A program made the translations under genes and the position numbers. This document shows positions 13,338 to 22,683 of a stretch of 64,000 nucleotides of DNA, piece by piece (within the stretch, counting starts at the first letter, position 1; every line of letters starts with the position of its first letter). The stretch is from Promethearchaeota archaeon (GTDB lineage Archaea; Asgardarchaeota; Lokiarchaeia; Sigyniarchaeales; SOKP01), in assembly GCA_016840085.1 (NCBI GenBank), contig JAEOTA010000022.1, positions 75,211 through 139,210 of the forward strand. The letters run 5' to 3'. The notes under the pieces were generated by a model. That model was not told the origin of the DNA. It worked only from the letters and a program-made list of their open reading frames with translations, and did no database searches.

Positions 13338-14747
13338 ATGACTGAACAGAGAAATCAAACAGAAGAAGAATTTAGCTTAATAACTGCTGTAAAGTTTGGT
13401 ACTGGCCAACTTTCGGATATAGTTGCGTATCAAACATTCTTTTTTTGGATATTTACATTCTATTATACAATTGTAATCCAGAATACAACACTTATTGCCA
13501 TAGCTTTTATAATTTGGAGTGTTTGGAATGCTTTTAATGATCCAATCTTAGGATATTTATCAGATCGTACTCATACTAGATGGGGTCGAAGAATTCCCTG
13601 GATTATCGCTGCGATTGGACCATTATCCTTAATTATGTTTTTATTATTCAGTCCTCCTAAAACTTTTGGCATAGATTCAATATTAGTAAATTTCATCTAC
13701 TTCTTTATAATTATTATTGTTTTTGAACTATTTTATACAATGTTTTCAATAAATCAAACAAGTCTTTTTCCAGAACAGTTCATTAATGAAGGCGTAAGGG
13801 GGAAAGTTAATACTGTGAAACAAATATTTTCTGTACTCGGATTAATAGTTGCAGCTATTTTACCCTCCCTTTTCATGGAAGACCCCATGGTTGAGGAATC
13901 ATTGCCTAATTGGTCTATATTTGGAATTTTTCTTGCTGCTTTAACATTTGTTTTTGGGTTTTTCTTTATAAAATGGGGGGCAAAAGAAAAAAAAGAATTT
14001 AGAGAGGATTATAAGGAAGCTCCAAAAATATTTGAGGCAATAAAGTTATGTGTTAAAAGTAAAAGCTTTAGGTGGTACATTCCTGCAGAAATCGCGAATT
14101 GGTTTGTTTATGGAATGCTTCCAACAATAATCCCCCTCTATGGAAGATACGTTTTAGGGATTGAAGCAGGTTCTATGGAATTATCAATACTACTAGGAAT
14201 TGGTTTTATTTCTGCAGCAATATTTATAAATTTCTGGAGATGGGTGGCTAAAAAGATAGGTCCAAGAAAAGCTTGGATGGCTTCATTGTCCGCTTGGATA
14301 TTAACATTATTACCTTTCCTATTTATTAGCTCATTCGAAGAAGGATTAATTTTCTTCTTTATAATGGGTATTGGATTAGCGGGATCAATGGTTCTTATAG
14401 ATTTGATTGTTTCTGACATTATAGATGAAGATGAAGTTAATACAGGGACTCGTAGAGAAGGTGCATATTATGGTGTAAATGCCCTATTTTTACGCTTTTC
14501 TACGGTATTTGTATTTATTGCTGTAGGGGTTGTTTTTGCAGGTTTTGGATGGGAAGAGTATGATCCATTAATTAATGACCCAGATGCACTAGTTATTGCT
14601 CTAAAGATTTTGATGGTTGCCTTACCCGCAATTGCAATAGCAATAGGAATAATATCACTTTACAAGTATCCACTAGACGGAGAAAAATTAAAACAAGTGA
14701 AAGAAAAGCTAAAGCAAATTCATCAGGAAAAGAAAATAAAAGTATAA
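13338..14747 (+). CDS. MFS transporter, GPH family (tandem paralogue)
   Basis: NDPILGYLSDRTHTRWGRRIPW and the same RREGAYYG motif. Confidence 0.92.
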   Translation: MTEQRNQTEEEFSLITAVKFGTGQLSDIVAYQTFFFWIFTFYYTIVIQNTTLIAIAFIIWSVWNAFNDPILGYLSDRTHTRWGRRIPWIIAAIGPLSLIMFLLFSPPKTFGIDSILVNFIYFFIIIIVFELFYTMFSINQTSLFPEQFINEGVRGKVNTVKQIFSVLGLIVAAILPSLFMEDPMVEESLPNWSIFGIFLAALTFVFGFFFIKWGAKEKKEFREDYKEAPKIFEAIKLCVKSKSFRWYIPAEIANWFVYGMLPTIIPLYGRYVLGIEAGSMELSILLGIGFISAAIFINFWRWVAKKIGPRKAWMASLSAWILTLLPFLFISSFEEGLIFFFIMGIGLAGSMVLIDLIVSDIIDEDEVNTGTRREGAYYGVNALFLRFSTVFVFIAVGVVFAGFGWEEYDPLINDPDALVIALKILMVALPAIAIAIGIISLYKYPLDGEKLKQVKEKLKQIHQEKKIKV

Positions 14748-14850
14748 TTTTTCATTCTTTTTTTTTATATATGATTGTAAAATACGAAATTGTAAAAAAT
14801 TATTGAAAATAGTATAATTGTTAGAAGTGAAGTTATTGGTACGAATAATT

Positions 14851-16161
14851 TTAAGTTTTTAATTTCTTTAATTTAGCCACTCCACCGCGTATTCTTGATA
14901 GAATTTCATCAAGTTCTCGTTTTTGAACAACTAAAGGAGGTAAAATTTTGAGAGTATCTTTTTTATTATGGCAATAATCAAGAAGAACTCCTTCTTTAAT
15001 GATAGATAACATACCTAACTGGCTATCATCCTCTTTGTAGAATTCTACACCCCACATTAGACCTCTCCCTCTTACATCCTTAATCAAATCAGGAAATTCA
15101 TTTTTTATCTTTTCTAATCCTTTCTGGAAAACAGCTCCCATCTCCTTAACATGAGCTAAAAACTTAGGATCTGATTGGATTTCTAACATTTCTGAAGCGA
15201 TTGCACATCCGATATCAGAACCACCAGTAGTCGAGATTTGTATAAACGGTTCATCTTTATATACAGCTTTTTCAATAAAAGGTCTGTAACTACAGACGGA
15301 AAGGGGATAAATTCCCGCACTCATTCCTTTTCCTAATACTATAAAATCAGGAACAACTTTTTCATTTGGATATAATCCTCCATAAACAGCCCATAATTCC
15401 CCCGTTCTACCAAGCCCTGCTTGAACTTCATCTATAATCATCATTGTACCTGTATCATCACAAATCTCTCTTACTTCCGCAAAATATCCCTCAGGAGCAA
15501 TTAATATACCCGCTGTCGCTGGAATCGTTTCCAATATTACACACGCAATCTTATTTGTTACTGCTTTTCTCAATGCATTAATATCACCAAAAGGAATTTG
15601 TTTAAATTCTGGAAGATTCCATAGAAAAATATCTCTGAAATCTGGATCTCCTGTCGCTAAAGCAAAACCAGTATGTCCATGATAACCACCTATAGCAGAC
15701 ACACATCCTTTTCTTTTTGTAACAGCTCTCGAAAACTTAATCGCACAATCTATTGCTTCTCCTCCACTAACTCCAAATGTAGTTTTACTAATATCACCCG
15801 GCATTAAATCTGCTAATTTTTTTCCTAAAAGAGCTCTTTGCTCAGATAATAGAATATGATCACCTAAATCTAATCCACCATCTAACGCATCTTTAAGAAT
15901 TTGAAGTATTCGTGGATTTCGATGACCTAAATTAAATACTCCTCCAGAAGTACGACAATTATATAATTCTAAGGGAGGTTCACCCACTCTTGAACCTTCT
16001 AACGTTTTTAATTTGACACCCTCTCTTTCACCTGGAATAAAACCTAATCCAAAACCCTTGAAAAATCGTACTTTTGGAGCATTCACATATTTTGAATATA
16101 ATTTTAGTAATTCTTTCTGAGATAAAGTTCCAATAAATTTGTTTTTATGGTTTTCATTCAT
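14851..16161 (-). CDS. Class III PLP aminotransferase (acetylornithine/putrescine aminotransferase-like)
   Basis: SGGEAID, GYHGHT, DEVQAGLGRTG, LGKGMSAG, RGRGLM. Confidence 0.9.
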   Translation of the reverse strand: MNENHKNKFIGTLSQKELLKLYSKYVNAPKVRFFKGFGLGFIPGEREGVKLKTLEGSRVGEPPLELYNCRTSGGVFNLGHRNPRILQILKDALDGGLDLGDHILLSEQRALLGKKLADLMPGDISKTTFGVSGGEAIDCAIKFSRAVTKRKGCVSAIGGYHGHTGFALATGDPDFRDIFLWNLPEFKQIPFGDINALRKAVTNKIACVILETIPATAGILIAPEGYFAEVREICDDTGTMMIIDEVQAGLGRTGELWAVYGGLYPNEKVVPDFIVLGKGMSAGIYPLSVCSYRPFIEKAVYKDEPFIQISTTGGSDIGCAIASEMLEIQSDPKFLAHVKEMGAVFQKGLEKIKNEFPDLIKDVRGRGLMWGVEFYKEDDSQLGMLSIIKEGVLLDYCHNKKDTLKILPPLVVQKRELDEILSRIRGGVAKLKKLKT

Positions 16162-16285
16162 GATTGATATTTAAAACTCAAAAATATATTAAAATTTGCT
16201 TATATCATTTTTGAAAATAATTCTATATAAATTTTTAAATATCTAATTATCTAATCTTAAAATATTCTAACAAAATTTAATTAAA

Positions 16286-17905
16286 ATGAAAATGAAAACT
16301 TATAAACAATTTTTTATATCAATTATAATTTTTTGTTTTGCTTTAAATCTCATACTAGCAAATTCTTTTATATTCAACCATTTAGGCAAAATTGACACAC
16401 AAAGAGATTTTCCTAAGTCAGCTACTATTCCAGAACTAAATGATGAATGGTATGTTACATGGAGTAGTCACAGCTATTATGGAGAAGGAGCTCATGATGT
16501 AGCAATAGATTCCTCAGGCGATATATATATAGCAGGCTATACATTTGGTATTGGTGCGGGTCATGCGGATTTAGCATTAGTTAAATTTGATAAAAATGGG
16601 GGATTATTATGGAATTTAACATATGGATATCCAGAACAAGATCGTGCTCGCGCTGTTGCTGTAGATTCTGATGATTGTGTTTATATGGCAGGATTTACTG
16701 ACACGATTATGGGATTTGATAAGGATCATGATTTTTGTATAGCAAAGTATTATAAAAATGGTACTCAAGCATGGAACTCAACATGGGGATCATATCTCAG
16801 CGAAGAAGCCTATGATATGGTAATTGACTCATCAGATAATATCTATATTGCAGGGTTTAGATATGTTGAACCAAATGATTTTTGTTTTGTCAAATATGAT
16901 AAATCTGGACATGATCAGATGGGTAGAGTGTGGGCTTCTGCGGGTTGGGATCAGTGTTATGGTATAGCTGTAGATTCAAAAGGAAATATTTATTTAGCAG
17001 GAGATAAATATGGCGGAGATTCTTTAGGTTATGATATGTGCTTAGTAAAATATAACAGTAGCGGTGATTTCCAATGGTATCAATTATGGGGTGGTATTGG
17101 CTATGAAAGTGGTAAAGCAATTGCAATAGATAGCTCAGATAATATATACCTTGCGGGAGTCACAACTACGTTTAGTGAAGCAAAAGGAGATATATGTCTA
17201 GTAAAATATAATTCTGGAGGTACTCAACTGTGGAATACTACGTGGGGTGGAGATGAGGAAGAGGTGGTGTCAGATATTGTATTAGATTCTTCGGGGAATG
17301 TTTATCTGGTCGGAAATACAGATCTTGATGGAGATGAATTTACTTCAGTTACTGTAGCAAAATTCAACAATCTTGGCCAATTACAATGGTATGATTTATG
17401 GGAAGAAGGATGGGCGTACGATTTACAAGGAATCGCATTGGATTCTTCTGGAGACGCTTTCATCGCTAATGATTTTAATGGAATGACTTTAGTAAAATTT
17501 AGCTCAGTTCCGAAGATTGTAATTAAATCCCCTAAAGTAAATGGGACATATAATTCGATTGCCCCAAACTTTACATTATCTATTTCAGAACCTGATTTAG
17601 ATAAAACATGGTATACTCTTGACGAAGGTATTACAAATATTACATTTACGGGATTGAAAGGGCAAATTAATCAAGCTGAATGGGATAAATTTGGAAATGG
17701 CAGTACCGTTAATATTCGATTTTACGCACAAGATACATTTGATTATATAGGTTCTGCTAATGTAACTGTTATAAAGGAAACTACCGCTGGAGGAAAAAAG
17801 TCACCAATTATTCCAAGTTATCATATTTTTATAATTATTGGGATTATTGGAACAATTTCTATAATCATAACTCGGAGGTTAAAAAAATATGAAATCCAAA
17901 GTTAA
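16286..17905 (+). CDS. Secreted beta-propeller (SBBP-type repeat) protein with IPxY-TM-basic C-terminal anchor (Loki-CTERM-like)
   Basis: N-terminal hydrophobic segment; about 7 repeats of AIDSSxNIYxAG...LVKY; tail IPSYHIFIIIGIIG...RRLKK. Confidence 0.82.
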   Translation: MKMKTYKQFFISIIIFCFALNLILANSFIFNHLGKIDTQRDFPKSATIPELNDEWYVTWSSHSYYGEGAHDVAIDSSGDIYIAGYTFGIGAGHADLALVKFDKNGGLLWNLTYGYPEQDRARAVAVDSDDCVYMAGFTDTIMGFDKDHDFCIAKYYKNGTQAWNSTWGSYLSEEAYDMVIDSSDNIYIAGFRYVEPNDFCFVKYDKSGHDQMGRVWASAGWDQCYGIAVDSKGNIYLAGDKYGGDSLGYDMCLVKYNSSGDFQWYQLWGGIGYESGKAIAIDSSDNIYLAGVTTTFSEAKGDICLVKYNSGGTQLWNTTWGGDEEEVVSDIVLDSSGNVYLVGNTDLDGDEFTSVTVAKFNNLGQLQWYDLWEEGWAYDLQGIALDSSGDAFIANDFNGMTLVKFSSVPKIVIKSPKVNGTYNSIAPNFTLSISEPDLDKTWYTLDEGITNITFTGLKGQINQAEWDKFGNGSTVNIRFYAQDTFDYIGSANVTVIKETTAGGKKSPIIPSYHIFIIIGIIGTISIIITRRLKKYEIQS

Positions 17906-19799
17906 CAATGTAATATTTATCGTAATTATAGGCATGCTACTTGGATTAACAATGTCAGTAAGCTATTGTTCAACCTTTAATCCAGATTTTCTTGTTTTAA
18001 ATATAAAAGTTGATGATCAGACAAATAATTTAATGATTTCAGCACCGTCAGAAAATGGAATACCAATATGTGATAAAGTCCGTACCCAACGTGAACCAAA
18101 AATAGCCATAGATGGTTCAGGAGGTGCCTTTATTTCTTGGTCGGATCATAGAAATAATGAGTATTATTCTGATTTATATTCTCAACGGATTGATTCTGAT
18201 GGTAATTTTCATTGGCTACAAAGAGGGATACCTGTTGATTTTGGCGCTGCCGCTTATGTTAACATAATTAACGATGATATGGGGGGAGCAATCCTTATAT
18301 GGGAGGATTATCATCAATCTAATTCCGGGATTTTTGGAATGCGAATCGGATCAAATGGTGGGAGATTATGGCCAGGACTTCGTGTTGCTGTATGTACTGC
18401 CGTTAATGGAGGAACAAATTATGGAACTCAAATAATAAATGATGAAACAGGCGGAGTTATTGCCACTTGGGTTGATGAAAGAGTAGAGTATACTCTATAT
18501 ATTTATGCTCAAAGAGTGAATGCAACAGGGAATGTCGTATGGAATCCTACCGGGGTTCCTATTTGTACGGCAGCTAATTATCAATATAGTCCAACAATTT
18601 GTAATGATGGAGAAGGAGGCGCAATCATAACTTGGGAGGATACTAGGGGAATAGGAAGTGATAATGATATATATATTCAACATATCAATTCTACTGGAGG
18701 CGGTAATTGGACAGTTAACGGTGAACCTGTTTGTACTGATCCTTATCAGCAAAATAACCCTAAAATTTGTAGTGATAATAATAATGGTGCGATTGTTGCT
18801 TGGATTGATGGGAGGAATTCCTATAATGCTGACATTTATGCTCAGAGGATCGATAAAAATGGACAAGCACAATGGACAACAAATGGAATTGAAGTCGCTT
18901 TAACGGATGGAGACATTTATGATTTTAAGATTTGTAGTGATGGCGCGGGAGGTGCAATAATTGTATGGAATGATCTAACTTCAAACAATTATGGTATTTA
19001 TGCTCAACGAATTGATTCAAATGGAGCTACATTGTGGAATACTGATGGTGAACCTATATGTACAGTAAACACTTCCATACAAAATCTTCAAATATGTAGT
19101 GATGGAGGGGGAGGTGCGATAATTGCGTGGGAGGATGGAAGATCAGAAGAATATTACAGTGATATTTATGCCCAACGAATCGATTCAAGTGGAAATGTAC
19201 AATGGACAAAAAATGGTATTCCGATAGTCAAAGCGCTTTATGATCAAAAATACTCAGATATAGTCTCTGACGGTGAGGGTGGAGCAATAATCACATGGGA
19301 GGATTGGAGAAGTGGCAACGATGCAGATATCTATGCACAAAGAGTTAATTCTGATGGAGAGCTTCAATGGCTGCGTGAAAATGAGGCTCCAATCTCAAAT
19401 CATCCTGAAGATATGTCATTTCCAGATTATCACCATGACACTATAAACTGGACAATATATGATGATTCCGAGAGCGGCACTTTTCGAGTATTAATAAATA
19501 AATCTGCAGATGATTTTTTTGTATGGATGGATTGGTATACTTGGTTTAACGATACACTGATTCAAGTTCCTATCAATAATACTTATACAGGGATTTATGA
19601 TTATACTATTGAATATTATGATAATGAATTTGTTTCTGGCGTTTCTGATACAGTTAGAGTCGACTTTGAAACTCGAGATGGGGGAAGGAGAATACCTTTT
19701 AAGATAGCATTTGGTAACTATCATCTATTGTTTAGTTTTCTTGGTATAATTGCAATTGTGATTCTTACAAAACATAGAATTTCATCTAAACCTAAATAA
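17889..19799 (+). CDS. Secreted repeat protein (DGxGGAIIxWxDxR...DIYAQR repeats, probable propeller) with C-terminal TM anchor
   Basis: About 8 repeats; signal-like N-terminus; FGNY-TM-basic tail; overlaps the upstream gene. Confidence 0.8.
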   Translation: MKSKVNNVIFIVIIGMLLGLTMSVSYCSTFNPDFLVLNIKVDDQTNNLMISAPSENGIPICDKVRTQREPKIAIDGSGGAFISWSDHRNNEYYSDLYSQRIDSDGNFHWLQRGIPVDFGAAAYVNIINDDMGGAILIWEDYHQSNSGIFGMRIGSNGGRLWPGLRVAVCTAVNGGTNYGTQIINDETGGVIATWVDERVEYTLYIYAQRVNATGNVVWNPTGVPICTAANYQYSPTICNDGEGGAIITWEDTRGIGSDNDIYIQHINSTGGGNWTVNGEPVCTDPYQQNNPKICSDNNNGAIVAWIDGRNSYNADIYAQRIDKNGQAQWTTNGIEVALTDGDIYDFKICSDGAGGAIIVWNDLTSNNYGIYAQRIDSNGATLWNTDGEPICTVNTSIQNLQICSDGGGGAIIAWEDGRSEEYYSDIYAQRIDSSGNVQWTKNGIPIVKALYDQKYSDIVSDGEGGAIITWEDWRSGNDADIYAQRVNSDGELQWLRENEAPISNHPEDMSFPDYHHDTINWTIYDDSESGTFRVLINKSADDFFVWMDWYTWFNDTLIQVPINNTYTGIYDYTIEYYDNEFVSGVSDTVRVDFETRDGGRRIPFKIAFGNYHLLFSFLGIIAIVILTKHRISSKPK

Positions 19800-20034
19800 A
19801 AAGTAAAATTTAAAAATTTTTTTTTAATATATTATTTCTGTTTGTTTTAGAGTCATTTTAAAAAAGAATATATTATAAATTAAGAGAGTCTTGAGGAATA
19901 AGTATTGAAACTTTTTAATCATGCTAGCTAAAAAGAATGATTATATTATAATTATAATATTAGAAAATAAAAAGGAATATTAAAAAAATCATAAATAATA
20001 TTTTCCAGATTAACGATCTAGAAGTGTTCTTCGC

Positions 20035-20862
20035 TTAAAACTCATAACCACATTTTTTACAAACATGTTTCTTAGCGTACATAGGGATATGTCCAACATA
20101 GCTTAAGACTTTACTTTTATCTTCAACAGTTTTAATGTCTTGACCAACTGCACCGCACATGGGGCATGTAATTCGCTCATCGCTAATGAAACCACCTGCA
20201 CCTATTTCTGGGGGTTTTAATTCGTCCAATTCAGTTTCAACTTCTTGGAGGTGAGCAGTTGTAGATTCAATTGCTTGGTCCTTTTCTGTAAGTGCATCAT
20301 TTAATTCTTGAATTTGAGTATCTCTTTGTAATAAGGTATTATTTAATTCACTTAATTGAGAATTCAAATTGGAAAGCTTCTTACTTAAATCTTCATTTTC
20401 AGATTTTAATTTATTTATTTCATCTTGATTTGAGGAAATTGAATTATTGGTTTCATTTAGTGTGGATTCTAAATTAGTGATAGTTGATTTAGCAGCTTCT
20501 ATCTCTGACATTAAACTATTAATTTTTTCATCTGATTCGCTAATTTTGGTTTTGTGTTTTTCTATTTCTGCATTTAAGTTATTGATTGTTTGATCTTTTT
20601 CAATAACATCTGCTCTAGTTTCTTCTAGTGTATTTTTAGTTTGAATGAGTTCACTTTCAGTATTTTCAAGCTGTATTTTAGTATCAGCAAGGTCATTTTT
20701 AATATTTCCAAGTTCCTCTTTAGTACTTGATAATTCGGATTTTGTATCTGATAATTGTTTTTCTAAATCATTTACTTTATCTCTAAGGTCTAATAAAGCT
20801 TTACCTATAACTGAAACCTTCTTGTCGGGTTTTTCTTCTGCCTTTGCCCAATCTATAGAAAT
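20035..20862 (-). CDS. Long coiled-coil protein with C-terminal Zn ribbon; ORF extended 117 codons upstream of the track call to a probable ATT start
   Basis: Frame is open from an in-frame TGA (20871-20869); AGGTGA SD-like motif 6 nt before ATT-TCT-ATA-GAT-TGG; heptad pattern continues; CPMC...CKKC. Confidence 0.75.
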   Translation of the reverse strand: MSIDWAKAEEKPDKKVSVIGKALLDLRDKVNDLEKQLSDTKSELSSTKEELGNIKNDLADTKIQLENTESELIQTKNTLEETRADVIEKDQTINNLNAEIEKHKTKISESDEKINSLMSEIEAAKSTITNLESTLNETNNSISSNQDEINKLKSENEDLSKKLSNLNSQLSELNNTLLQRDTQIQELNDALTEKDQAIESTTAHLQEVETELDELKPPEIGAGGFISDERITCPMCGAVGQDIKTVEDKSKVLSYVGHIPMYAKKHVCKKCGYEF

Positions 20863-21067
20863 AATTTTTCACCTTATTTAGATAATTATTAATTTTATAT
20901 TGAATTTATGAATTAATTTTTTTAATGATATATAAATCATATTGAATTAAGATTTTAATTGTTTTTCTTTTTGACATTTAGAGAAGTCAAAATATATATG
21001 ATGATTTAATTAAAAGCAAGGCTATAATATAATATAGAGAAAACTTAATTAAAGTTCAATTAGTTCA

Positions 21068-21940
21068 ATGGAAAATAAAATTGATTCACAATTCAGAATC
21101 GAATATATTTCCACCTCAGGAGTATATAAAACTCTTTTTACGCCAATTATCATTTTACAGTTGTTTGTAGGCTGGATTACCGTCCTTTTCATTAATCTAT
21201 GGTATTATAATGATCTTTACTATCTTCTAACAGGAAAAAGTTTTTTACCCTTTATTTTAATTGGTCAATGGTGGGAATGGCTTTTACTCCCTTTGAATCT
21301 TTATGGCAATCTTTTTCTATTTGTATTCTCAATAATTTTGTTTTCAGCAGGAATATATAAAGTTTTAAATAAACTAAATCCACCGAAAGAAGGTGTATTT
21401 GAAAAAGGAAGTAAAGAATGGAAATATATTCACCGTAGATTCTGGACAGCATATTTTCCAATCTGGTTAACAAGGGCTTTACCTATACCTTGGTCAGATA
21501 TTTTTGTGTATCGATTCTTTGGGGTCCCAATTGGGAAAAATGTAGTAGCTTATGAAGGTTATATTGATCCTGAGTTTGTAGAAATAGGTGATTATACAAT
21601 GACTTCTCTAAATATTTGTATTTTTTCTCATCTGATATATCATGATAAGGTAATAGTTAAAAAAGTAAAAATAGGGAAAGCCTGTGTTGTAGGACCTCAA
21701 AGTATCATCAATCCAGGCACTATAATGGAAGATAATGCCGTTTTGGGAGCAAATAGTTATACATGGGTAGGACAAGAATTGGAAGGAAATTTAATTCATG
21801 TTGGAACGCCTGTGAGTATGAAAATTCCAATACAAACTTTAGAGGAATCGCAAGAAAAAGTAGAAAAAATCAAAGACGAAATAAGCGATAAGAGGTCCAG
21901 CCTAAATCATAAAAATAAACGTGGGGGTTCTGATAACTAA
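21068..21940 (+). CDS. Membrane protein with left-handed beta-helix (hexapeptide) acyltransferase-like domain
   Basis: TM segments, PPKEGVF, FFGVPIGKN, VKIGKACVVG hexapeptides, GTP end motif. Confidence 0.78.
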   Translation: MENKIDSQFRIEYISTSGVYKTLFTPIIILQLFVGWITVLFINLWYYNDLYYLLTGKSFLPFILIGQWWEWLLLPLNLYGNLFLFVFSIILFSAGIYKVLNKLNPPKEGVFEKGSKEWKYIHRRFWTAYFPIWLTRALPIPWSDIFVYRFFGVPIGKNVVAYEGYIDPEFVEIGDYTMTSLNICIFSHLIYHDKVIVKKVKIGKACVVGPQSIINPGTIMEDNAVLGANSYTWVGQELEGNLIHVGTPVSMKIPIQTLEESQEKVEKIKDEISDKRSSLNHKNKRGGSDN

Positions 21941-22678
21941 ATGTTTCAACCTGCGAGCTTAAAGGGCGACTCTCCAACACCTATAGATGAGAGAATTAGG
22001 AATAAATATCTTTTTCTTTATGTGATGATAATAATTTTGAGTTTAATTCCTTGTTCGATTTTTGAATATTTTTACATTTTGCTTTTTTGGAAGGCTAGAA
22101 TGTATTTATTCTTCTTTCTATTAGTACCCTTTAATTTAGTCATAGTTTTCTATATTCTTCAAGTATCTGCTATTTTATTTTCAGTGTTATTTTTAACTAT
22201 TTTAAGATTACTATATCCTCCTAAAGAGGGAATATTTACCCGAGATATTAAAGATAAAAATTATTTTTTCTGGAATCTGCGAAATATTGCAAAAAAGTGG
22301 GCTCTTTTTGTTACAGCCTCTAATCCCTTTCCTTGGTTAAAAAATCGATTTACACTGAGATTCTTTGGAGTAAAAATTGGTAAAAAGGGAATTTGTGATA
22401 ATAGTTGGATCTCTTCAGAATTTGTGTCTGTAGGTAAAAATGTTATTATCGGGATGAATAGCACCCTATTAAGTTTTGGAATTGAACAAGACAAATTCAT
22501 TTTAAAAAAGATTATTATTGAAAATGATGTGATAATCGGAGCTAAATGTATAATATTACCAGGCACCCATATAAAAAAGAATGCGAAATTATCTGCTCAT
22601 TCATATACTAATTTTAATGAAATATTAAAAGAAAATTTAATATATTCAGGCCATCCAGCAAAATTAAAAGAGAATTAG
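21941..22678 (+). CDS. Paralogous membrane left-handed beta-helix acyltransferase-like protein
   Basis: PPKEGIF, FFGVKIGKK, IIIENDVIIGAKCIILPG, SGHPAK. Confidence 0.78.
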   Translation: MFQPASLKGDSPTPIDERIRNKYLFLYVMIIILSLIPCSIFEYFYILLFWKARMYLFFFLLVPFNLVIVFYILQVSAILFSVLFLTILRLLYPPKEGIFTRDIKDKNYFFWNLRNIAKKWALFVTASNPFPWLKNRFTLRFFGVKIGKKGICDNSWISSEFVSVGKNVIIGMNSTLLSFGIEQDKFILKKIIIENDVIIGAKCIILPGTHIKKNAKLSAHSYTNFNEILKENLIYSGHPAKLKEN

Positions 22679-22683
22679 TCAAT

